Shown here in pieces: positions 1-6,842 of a stretch of 11,308 nucleotides of DNA. Under the pieces are notes generated by a model. That model made no database searches and was not told where the DNA came from. It was given only the letters and a program-made list of their open reading frames with translations. The DNA comes from Bdellovibrionota bacterium (lineage in GTDB: Bacteria; Bdellovibrionota_C; UBA2361; JBGSMV01), in the NCBI GenBank assembly GCA_044356455.1, contig JBIKWF010000128.1, positions 1-11,308 of the forward strand, written 5' to 3'. The translations under genes and the position numbers were made by a program. The number at the start of each line of letters is the position of its first letter. Position 1 is the first letter of the stretch.

Positions 1-1326
1 AAGACGCTCTTTGACACTGCCCCCAGAATTACCAGGCACAAGACCGAACTCCGCAAGTACCACTGCGCCCGAGGCACTTAGTCTTCCGCCTGAGGAAACG
101 CTTCCTTTGAGGCCTTCGAGAATATCAGCAGAACCAAGAATGATGTCCTTTATGGCCACCCCCGAAAGGCTAGGGTTAATGGACTTTACCAAGGCAGCAA
201 CCCCCGCAACGTGTGGAGCAGCCATAGAAGTTCCGCTCATGAAGGCATACCCCTCAAGCGGAAGCGTGCTCAAAATCGACACACCTGGAGCCGCAAGGTG
301 CACTGTGGCCGCCCCGGTATTGGAAAAATAAGCGAGCTCATCATTTGAATCTGTAGCCGCCACTGAAATGAGACTCGGGAGCTGATAGCTGGCGGGAAAG
401 GAGGGAGTGTCATCATTGTTATTCGACTCGTTTCCCGCTGCTACCACAATCACCGCACCAGCTAGCTCCGCTCTCTGGAGAGCCTGGAGAAAAAGCTTTG
501 AGCCATAAGGCGCACCAAGAGAAAGGTTAAGAACTGAGGCGCCCCGAGCCACAGCGTAGTCGACTCCCGCTATCACATCCGCCAGCGTCCCTGATCCATC
601 TGCATCGAGAACTCGCACCGGAAGAACCCCCGCCTTCCAGGAGACCCCAGAAATTCCGTAGTTATCATCGCCCCGCGCTGCAATTATTCCTGCGACATGT
701 GTCCCATGCCCATGTAAATCCAAAGGATAAGAATCGGCATCACTGAAGTCATAGCCAAAGACGTCATCAACATACCCGTTCTGATCATCGTCGAGTTTGT
801 TATCCGGAATTTCAGCCGAGTTCACCGCAATGTTTGCGGCAAGATCAGGGTGAAAGTAGTCAACTCCTGTATCGATAACTGCGACAAGCACCTCAGGCGA
901 CCCTACGGTGAAATCCCAAGCTCTCGATGCAGATATCGCACGTAGATTGTTTTGGTAGCTCCAGAACGTATCGTTTGGGGTCTTTGCAACTTTAAATTCA
1001 ATATTTGGCTCACAGATGACGCCAGGATTCGCACGCATAATTTCCAGGCACTCGTTCTTTGCAGCCTTGAGAGATGAACTTATGCCACCTGCCGCTACGA
1101 GCATACGTCCCTTACGACTCTCTATACGCACAGAGGAAGGAAGCGTGGTCCCACTAAAGGCGTTTGAGGAAACGACTGCTCTTGTATCAACGAGCAGAAG
1201 CTCTCTGCCCTTGGCCACACGAGCTTCTTCCCCAAAGGACAGTGTCGCCGACAAAAAGCTCACGAGGGCAGGAAGGGCCGCACTCAAGAAAGACCGATGA
1301 AATCTATTTCGAACTCTTGCCACCAT
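1..1326 (-). CDS. S8 family (subtilisin-like) secreted serine peptidase, 3' end runs off the window
   Basis: Manually translated minus frame with no stop from ATG 1326 to base 1 (442 codons). Catalytic triad motifs VAVIDTG (Asp at 871-873), HGHGTHVAG (His at 706-708) and FMSGTSMAAPHVAG (Ser at 226-228). Also oxyanion motif VAAGN, an LDDDQNGYVDDVFGYDF acidic insert, an EPN...TPND propeptide junction and a signal-peptide-like N-terminus (MVARVRNRFHRSFLSAALPALVSFLSATLSFG). Absent from the ORF track because the stop lies outside the window. Confidence 0.95.
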   Translation of the reverse strand, partial: MVARVRNRFHRSFLSAALPALVSFLSATLSFGEEARVAKGRELLLVDTRAVVSSNAFSGTTLPSSVRIESRKGRMLVAAGGISSSLKAAKNECLEIMRANPGVICEPNIEFKVAKTPNDTFWSYQNNLRAISASRAWDFTVGSPEVLVAVIDTGVDYFHPDLAANIAVNSAEIPDNKLDDDQNGYVDDVFGYDFSDADSYPLDLHGHGTHVAGIIAARGDDNYGISGVSWKAGVLPVRVLDADGSGTLADVIAGVDYAVARGASVLNLSLGAPYGSKLFLQALQRAELAGAVIVVAAGNESNNNDDTPSFPASYQLPSLISVAATDSNDELAYFSNTGAATVHLAAPGVSILSTLPLEGYAFMSGTSMAAPHVAGVAALVKSINPSLSGVAIKDIILGSADILEGLKGSVSSGGRLSASGAVVLAEFGLVPGNSGGSVKERL

Positions 1327-1550
1327 ATAACGACCTGCACTCAGGTATCGTCGATGGCACCCTTGCTCTTGATGTGCAGGGCCCGCAGAAACTGGCTAGG
1401 AATCAAAATCCAGAAGCGTGTTAGGTGGGACTCGCGCAGGCGGTAAGAGTCTCTTCGAGGGGATCTAGGAAATGCGCCTATTGAGGCTAGGGAAAGCTCA
1501 GAGGCGCCTGAAATTACTATAAAAACGCCGCTTCCTGGCTGCGTTACCTA

Positions 1551-1768
1551 AGCAAGCTCTGAAGAATCCGCTCTGTGAACTGGGTGCCTTCAGTGGATGA
1601 TTTAAAATCCTGAAAAACCACAGAGGGCACAGAGTTCACTGAGAGGAAAAAACTTCCATTCCTAAAACACCTCTGTGTACCTCCGTGTCCTCTGTGGTGA
1701 AATTCTTCATGAAAAACTCACGACAGAGGCCGTAGGGATAGATAGCGGTAAGTTCTTCAGAGGTTCCC
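1551..1768. mobile_element. Degenerate non-autonomous element bounded by IS-like terminal inverted repeats
   Basis: Left end AGCAAGCTCTGAAGAA (1551-1566) vs reverse complement of right end GGGAACCTCTGAAGAA (1753-1768), 13/16 match. Flanked by CTA and TAG. Same end motif as 8568-8583. Confidence 0.5.
1617..1698. repeat. Imperfect inverted repeat built from 9-nt nnCACnGAG units (GxxExxY-associated type hairpin, no gene inside)
   Basis: Left arm ACCACAGAG-GGCACAGAG-TTCACTGAG-AGG (1617-1646). Right arm (1670-1698) reverse complement is ACCACAGAG-GACACGGAG-GTACACAGAG-G. Spacer 23 nt. Confidence 0.8.
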
Positions 1769-1778
1769 TAGCCCTTAT

Positions 1779-2005
1779 ATCTCACGGGATCCCTGCGCTC
1801 CGCTTCGGGTCCGTGAGATTACCGTTGAAAATCGGCCATCCGGGCCGATTTTCAACATCGCCCCCTCTCCATTCGCCACGACAGAGTGTCGAACTACGAG
1901 GGGGCTCCAAATCGCTCCCTATGGTCGCGATTTGCGAACGCCGTCCGGGCGTTCGCTAGCCTGGTCTGCTCTCGGCCCGGAAGGGCCGTGAGCAGACCAG
2001 GCTAG
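1779..2005. repeat. Multi-hairpin dispersed repeat, copy 1
   Basis: Six consecutive stems: 1779-1819, 1824-1856 (perfect 14 bp), 1860-1905, 1908-1934, 1934-1956, 1956-2005 (16 bp + 6 bp, GGAA loop). 1862-2005 recurs inverted at 11165-11308 with 140/144 identity. Confidence 0.9.
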
Positions 2006-2115
2006 GAGTGTGTCCCGTAGAAACATAAATCTTCAATTTGGACACAATCCGTAGGTGGGCTGTCCCGCTGCCACCACAACATGTAGTGGTAGAAATTTTC
2101 TGCGGGACAGACTCC
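2005..2115. mobile_element. 111-bp MITE-like element, copy 1
   Basis: Terminal inverted repeats GGAGTGTGTCCCGTAGAAA / TTTCTGCGGGACAGACTCC (17/19), TA on both flanks (CTAG at 2002-2005 and 2115-2118). A second copy of the same length lies inverted at 8843-8953 (99/111 identical, ungapped). Confidence 0.8.
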
Positions 2116-2192
2116 TAGGTCAATGGAAAGAGCGGCAAGCCATTTTTCCTGAGCGCTTCACTCGCGCCCCACGTCGTCCAAGCCGGGCACTC

Positions 2193-3455
2193 CTACCCGA
2201 GAACCTTCCGAATACGCTCCAAAGCCCAATCGATCTCTGCCTTTTCAATAACGACAGGAGGTGCGAAGCGAATGGTACTTTCACGCGTATCCTTGCAAAG
2301 TACCCCGAGATCTTTGAGCGCGTGGCAAAACGGTTTTGCCTTCCCTAATTCCTTCTTCACATCCACGCCTACAAAAAGCCCTCGGCCTCGAATTTCCGAA
2401 ACCTTTGAAAGTGGCGTGGTTCTGAGGCCCTCTACAAAATAGGTCCCCAACTCTGCGGCACGCCGCTCGGGATGCTCACTACGAATATAGGCGATCACCT
2501 CTCGTGCGACTGCACAGGCTAACGGATTTCCGCCAAAGGTGCTCCCGTGTGTGCCAGGAGTGAACACGCTCATGACTTCATTTGAACCAACAACCGCTGA
2601 AATCGGGAACAAAGAAGCGCCGAGTGCTTTACCAAGAATATAGACGTCCGGCTGCACCCCTTCATGCTCACAGGCGAATATTTTCCCCGTGCGGCACAGT
2701 CCAGTTTGAATTTCATCGGCGAGCATAAGAACGCGGTGCGCCGAACAAAGTTCGCGCACGGCTCGCAAGTAGCCTGCAGGCGGAATAAGGACACCGGCTT
2801 CCCCCTGAATTGGCTCAATAAGAACTGCGGCAGTATGCGGAGTAATGGCGGCCCTAAGAGCCTCGGCGTCACCATAAGGCACCATCTTAAATCCAGGTGT
2901 GAGGGGCCCAAAATGCGCCTTACTCGATGCAGAAGAACTGGCGCTTATAATGGTAGTAGTGCGTCCGTGGAAGTTCCCGCCAAATACAATAATTTCTGCA
3001 GTATCATCAGGAATCTTTTTCACCTCATAGGCCCACTTGCGTGCCGCCTTGATGGCTGTCTCCACTGCTTCTGCGCCGGTATTCATGGGAAGGACCACTT
3101 CCATGCCGCACAGGGCCGCGAGCTCTTGGCAAAACAGACCTGTCTGATCGCTATAGAACCCACGGCTACAGAGGGTAAGCCGGTTCATTTGCTTGGTTGC
3201 AACTTTTATGAAGCGCTCGGGACAATGCCCCCACGTCACTGCACTATAGGCGCTCAGCATGTCGAGGTAGCGATTCCCCTCAACATCAGTAAGCCAGACA
3301 CCCTTGCCCTCGGAGATAACCACATCGAGAGGAGAGTAGTTGTGCGCACTGAAGCGCTCAGTAAGCGCAATATGATCGGCAGAGGATTTTTTCTCTGAGG
3401 TGGAGAGCTCGGCAGGTTGCTGAGCGGCGCCCGTTATATCATGTGGGTGACGCAT
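2193..3455 (-). CDS. rocD: Ornithine--oxo-acid aminotransferase (class III PLP-dependent)
   Basis: AHNYSPLDVV, YLDMLSAYSAV, PMNTGAEAVETAIKAARKW, NFHGRT, EPIQGEAG, DEIQTG, LGKALG (PLP lysine) and HGSTFGGNPLACAV motifs. Start moved to ATG 3455, which has GGAGG 7 nt upstream. Confidence 0.93.
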   Translation of the reverse strand: MRHPHDITGAAQQPAELSTSEKKSSADHIALTERFSAHNYSPLDVVISEGKGVWLTDVEGNRYLDMLSAYSAVTWGHCPERFIKVATKQMNRLTLCSRGFYSDQTGLFCQELAALCGMEVVLPMNTGAEAVETAIKAARKWAYEVKKIPDDTAEIIVFGGNFHGRTTTIISASSSASSKAHFGPLTPGFKMVPYGDAEALRAAITPHTAAVLIEPIQGEAGVLIPPAGYLRAVRELCSAHRVLMLADEIQTGLCRTGKIFACEHEGVQPDVYILGKALGASLFPISAVVGSNEVMSVFTPGTHGSTFGGNPLACAVAREVIAYIRSEHPERRAAELGTYFVEGLRTTPLSKVSEIRGRGLFVGVDVKKELGKAKPFCHALKDLGVLCKDTRESTIRFAPPVVIEKAEIDWALERIRKVLG

Positions 3456-3507
3456 ACTAAGACCTCCCAAATCCTACCTTGGTAAGGCCTCAGTACTTTT
3501 GCCCTAC

Positions 3508-4902
3508 CTAAAACTTCGCAAATCCAGGGAAGCGCGGAAACGGCGTCACGTCTCGGATATTCTGCATATCTGAGACATACATAAGGAAGCGCTCAAAACC
3601 TAGTCCGAAACCCGCATGAGGTACCGTTCCAAACTTCCTTAGATCAAGATACCACCAATAGTTATCGACCGGCAGGTGCATGTCCTCCATCTTTTTCTTA
3701 AGAACATCATACCTTTCCTCGCGCTGAGAACCGCCAATAATTTCTCCTAGGCGCGGCACGAGCATGTCCATAGCCCTAACGGTTTTGCCATCTTCATTAA
3801 GGCGCATATAGAACGCCTTTATTTCTTTAGGATAATTAACGACAAAAAGCGGCCCTTTGACGTATTCATCCGTGAGATAGCGCTCGTGTTCTGTTTGAAG
3901 ATCAAGCCCCCAATGCACCGGGTGCTCAAACTTACGACCACTCTTCTCGAGCACCTCAATTGCCTTGGTGTAGTCCATTACCTCGAATTTAGACTCTGAG
4001 ACCGTGCGAAGAGTCTCTAGGAGGTTCTTGGAGGCCTCCTCTCGTTTCGCAAAGAACTCCATCTCTTCCGGACAGCGCTCAAGCACGTCCTTAATCAAGT
4101 AACAGATAAAGTCGCTGGCAAGCTTCATGTTGTCTTCTAGTTCATAGAAAGCCATCTCCGGCTCAATCATCCAGAACTCTGACAAGTGCCGCGTGGTGTT
4201 CGAATTCTCTGCGCGGAAAGTCGGTCCAAAGGTGTAAATCTTCGAGAGCGCGGTCGCAAAAACCTCTCCTTCGAGTTGCCCCGAGACAGTGAGACTTGCT
4301 TCTGCTTTGAAAAAATCATCCTCGAAATTTACCTTCCCGTCCTTGTGCGGAACTTTATCAAGGTCGAGGGTGGTAACACGAAACATCTTCCCCGCGCCCT
4401 CACAATCGGACGTGCTGATAATGGGAGTATGGACATAGAAAAAATTCCGCTCTTCAAAGAAGCGGTGTATCGCTTGCGCAGCTACCGAGCGCAGGCGAAA
4501 TACTGCTCCGAAGGTATTCGTACGAGGACGAAGGTGCAGATTTTCACGCAGGAACTCGAGCGTGTGCCCCTTTTTCTGCAGGGGGTAAGACTCAGGGTCT
4601 GCCTCTCCTACCAGCGTCACCGAGGAGACTTGTACTTCATATTTCTGACCTTTCGCGGGAGACTGAACCAAGTTGCCTGAAACTTTGAGCGACGCGCCGG
4701 TCGAAATTCGTGCCGCGACAGGCACATAGGAAGCGAGCTGCGGGTCTATCACAAGCTGCAGCCCCTTAACTCCCGAGCCATCGAAAAGTTCTATGAAGGA
4801 GACACTCTTGGACTGCCTGTGGGTACGAACCCAACCAGTCAGTTCCACGGGACCTACCGAGACCTTATCCGCGTTAATTTCGCGAATTGATGCTGTTGCC
4901 AC
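3508..4902 (-). CDS. asnS: Asparagine--tRNA ligase
   Basis: N-terminal OB fold (GWVRTHR), [78 protein letters not shown] start with upstream AGGAG. Confidence 0.97.
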   Translation of the reverse strand: MATASIREINADKVSVGPVELTGWVRTHRQSKSVSFIELFDGSGVKGLQLVIDPQLASYVPVAARISTGASLKVSGNLVQSPAKGQKYEVQVSSVTLVGEADPESYPLQKKGHTLEFLRENLHLRPRTNTFGAVFRLRSVAAQAIHRFFEERNFFYVHTPIISTSDCEGAGKMFRVTTLDLDKVPHKDGKVNFEDDFFKAEASLTVSGQLEGEVFATALSKIYTFGPTFRAENSNTTRHLSEFWMIEPEMAFYELEDNMKLASDFICYLIKDVLERCPEEMEFFAKREEASKNLLETLRTVSESKFEVMDYTKAIEVLEKSGRKFEHPVHWGLDLQTEHERYLTDEYVKGPLFVVNYPKEIKAFYMRLNEDGKTVRAMDMLVPRLGEIIGGSQREERYDVLKKKMEDMHLPVDNYWWYLDLRKFGTVPHAGFGLGFERFLMYVSDMQNIRDVTPFPRFPGFAKF

Positions 4903-4964
4903 TACTTTTTCTCCTTTTTCTTCACTTAAAACGCTTCCTACAAAACGCTATCTGCCTTCACGCC

Positions 4965-4993
4965 TTGATTCAAGCGCCCGCACAGTTTAGTCT
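4965..4993 (+). promoter_or_regulatory. Putative sigma70 promoter for tRNA-Pro
   Basis: TTGATT (4965-4970), 17-bp spacer, TAGTCT (4988-4993), then GC-rich TCGGGCC discriminator-like sequence. Ends 14 nt before the tRNA. Confidence 0.6.
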
Positions 4994-5007
4994 TCGGGCC
5001 TTCATAT

Positions 5008-5082
5008 CGGGGTGTAGCTCAGCCTGGCTAGAGCACCAGTTTTGGGAACTGGGGGTCGGAGGTTCAAATCCTCTCACCCCGA
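5008..5082 (+). tRNA. tRNA-Pro(TGG), CCA not encoded
   Basis: Acceptor stem CGGGGTG/CACCCCG, D arm GCTC...GAGC, anticodon stem CCAGT/ACTGG with loop TT-TGG-GA (anticodon 5043-5045), T loop GTTCAAATC, discriminator A5082 followed by AAT. Confidence 0.97.
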
Positions 5083-5100
5083 AATATGAAAATCTCCCTC

Positions 5101-5278
5101 AATCTTCGGGCCCTGGCATCAATCTTCGGGCCCTGGAATCTTCGGGCCCTGGCATCGCGAGGACCCTGGCATCGCGAGGGCCCTGGCATCGCGAGGGCCC
5201 TGGCATCGCGAGGGCCCTGGCATCGCGAGGGCCCTGGGATCGCGAGGACCCTGGTATCGCGAGGACCTGGGATTGCGA
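5101..5278. repeat. 17-bp tandem repeat (minisatellite) downstream of tRNA-Pro
   Basis: Eight units of consensus GGGCCCTGGCATCGCGA from 5144 to 5278, the last three degenerating. Preceded by three AATCTTCGGGCCCTGG copies at 5101, 5121 and 5137. Confidence 0.95.
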
Positions 5279-5555
5279 GCCCCCGAGTTGTGAGCATTGC
5301 ACGCCTCTCCTACTTTTGCCCTTCCAATTTAGGTCCTTCCAATTCGAAGGCACGAGGCCGTTGCCTCAATTACTCCCTTTGCTTCTGGCACTCTTCTGGC
5401 CTCTATTCCTCTACAGCAAGGGCTTAAGGCGCAAGCGCTTAGCGTACCGGCGGGACTCCGTCCCCTGGCGCTGGTAGTTCTCCTTCCAAGGATAAAAGGC
5501 GTGAGGTAGATAAGCAACGGATCCGTGATTCTGGCGATTACTTGGTGGCGGGGAT

Positions 5556-5767
5556 TTTTTGGACCACAAAGGACGCTAAGGACGCAAAGGTTTGAATACT
5601 AATGAAGCTTCAAAGATTGTGCTTGATGCCGGCATGAGGGTGCAAACGGCGCTCGGAGTGGATGACTGGAGGAAGCATATAAAGTCCGCCCACCTCAAAG
5701 GCAACATCGTAAGAGTCATCATTTCCTAATCCCCTTTGCGTCCTTAGCGTCCTTTGTGGTCCAAAAA
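5556..5767. mobile_element. Inverted-repeat-bounded mini-cassette containing a GxxExxY gene remnant
   Basis: Perfect 35-bp inverted repeat TTTTTGGACCACAAAGGACGCTAAGGACGCAAAGG (5556-5590) / 5733-5767, tightly enclosing the remnant ORF 5592-5729. The repeat is directly visible; mobility is inferred. Confidence 0.7.
5592..5729 (+). pseudogene. Internally deleted, frameshifted GxxExxY-family (PD-(D/E)XK-type) nuclease gene
   Basis: TTG-started frame reads (M)NTNEASKIVLDAGMRVQTALGV, matching the GxxExxY N-terminal helix pattern. A shifted frame at 5660-5686 reads G*LEEAYKV (the G-x-x-E-x-x-Y motif). The end reads AHLKGNIVRVIIS*, resembling the family C-terminus (LKxGIxRV). The central catalytic part is missing. 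Confidence 0.75.
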
Positions 5768-5997
5768 TTCACCAGTCGGGAGAAGGGGCACATCCCATCA
5801 GCCCCCCCCAATCAAGCGATTCTAATCTGGAGCCCGAGATACTACTAATCTACCAAGTGCAAAACATCGTCTCTTAAATCGTCCTATTCAAATTTCCTTA
5901 GTAACTTGTGACTTCAAGCACTCGTGGTTCATCATACCAGGGGGACCGCAGAGATACTCCTGGGTTCGGAACCAAAATTCAAAGTAAAGTTAGATAG

Positions 5998-6837
5998 ATG
6001 GCTCGCAAGAATAAACCAGCAATCCTGAAGAGAATTGTCATCGTGGGCGGCGCGCTCGTTCTCGTGCAGGCCGGATTTATTCTCTACTTCCGACAGGACG
6101 CCCCGCCGGCCTCTATGAAGGAAGAAATAGATAAGCAGATCAAATCTGTTCCGAACCTGACCAACCAAAGACGCGAGCAGATGCGAATTCAGCTTGCGAT
6201 TGATGATTTCAGACAGAAACAGGGCCACAATCCGAAATCACTCACTGAACTAGTCCCCGTCTACTTTGATTCCGTGCCCAAAGATCCTGACACGGGCAAG
6301 GCTTTTGCCTACACAGAAAAGGGTGGCAAATACACCCTCGGGCAGCCTTCGGGCGCAGGCCCTAAAGTGGCGGTCGCGGGCCTCAGCGAAGATGGCCCAC
6401 CTACGGCAGCCGAGCAGACAGTACTTCTGGCTTCGCTTGATAGCCCAGTCGAAGATCAATCTTTTGTTTACGACGCTTCTGGCAAGCGTGACCCCTTCCG
6501 CCCCTTTGATCTCTCGGTGAAACCCAACGAAGACTGCGAGAAATTTCCTCTGACCTGTTTTGATGTAGGTCAACTTCGCTTAAGCACCGTTCTCCTCAGT
6601 AACGAGGAACCAAAGGCGATGGTGGATGATGCCACTGGCGTAGGTCATATCGTGAGAAAGGGCTCAAAAATTGGGCGTAATAACGGCGAAGTCACCGAGA
6701 TTCTCGCCGATCGCATACGAATCGTAGAAACACTTGTTGACGTAACAGGGCAAGCCACATCAAAAGTTGTCGAACTCCCCATCGGGAAGAAAGAAGACAA
6801 ACCAAAGGGCGCAGCGAGTCGCACAAGAACGCGCTAA
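5998..6837 (+). CDS. pilP: PilP-domain protein with N-terminal membrane anchor and GspG/pseudopilin-like domain
   Basis: C-terminal half has PilP hallmarks: YDASGKRDPFRPF, PLTCFDVGQLRL, AMVDDATGVGHIVRKGSKIGRNNGEVTEI...IRIVE. The N-terminal half has a TM segment and IQLAIDDFRQKQGHNPKSLTELVPVYFDSVPKDPDTGKAFAY. Confidence 0.75.
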   Translation: MARKNKPAILKRIVIVGGALVLVQAGFILYFRQDAPPASMKEEIDKQIKSVPNLTNQRREQMRIQLAIDDFRQKQGHNPKSLTELVPVYFDSVPKDPDTGKAFAYTEKGGKYTLGQPSGAGPKVAVAGLSEDGPPTAAEQTVLLASLDSPVEDQSFVYDASGKRDPFRPFDLSVKPNEDCEKFPLTCFDVGQLRLSTVLLSNEEPKAMVDDATGVGHIVRKGSKIGRNNGEVTEILADRIRIVETLVDVTGQATSKVVELPIGKKEDKPKGAASRTRTR

Positions 6838-6842
6838 TTTCC

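Noticed and set aside
11..1424. Plus-strand ORFs 11-331, 1016-1300 and 1164-1424
   Set aside because: Antisense shadows of the S8 peptidase gene.
1861..1878. tRNA 3'-end-like CCCCCTCTCCATTCGCCA as a tRNA fragment or att site
   Set aside because: No T-arm or cloverleaf upstream, no match to the tRNA-Pro here, and it is internal to the dispersed repeat.
1675..2348. ORFs 1675-1959 and 2055-2348 as transposase fragments
   Set aside because: They run through palindromic repeats or antisense to rocD, with no DDE, HUH or other transposase motifs.
2664..4680. Long plus-strand ORFs 2664-3398 and 4186-4680
   Set aside because: Antisense to rocD and asnS, with no recognisable motifs.
5101..5278. CRISPR array
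   Set aside because: Units are head-to-tail 17-mers with no unique spacers, and there are no cas genes.
4887..5477. ORFs 4887-5477, 5086-5427, 5064-5297 and 5099-5353
   Set aside because: They overlap the tRNA and/or the stop-free tandem repeat. The repetitive peptides are artefacts of the 17-bp unit.
5008..5800. Integrative island at tRNA-Pro
   Set aside because: No integrase and no duplicated tRNA 3' end in the window, and ordinary chromosomal genes resume at 5998.
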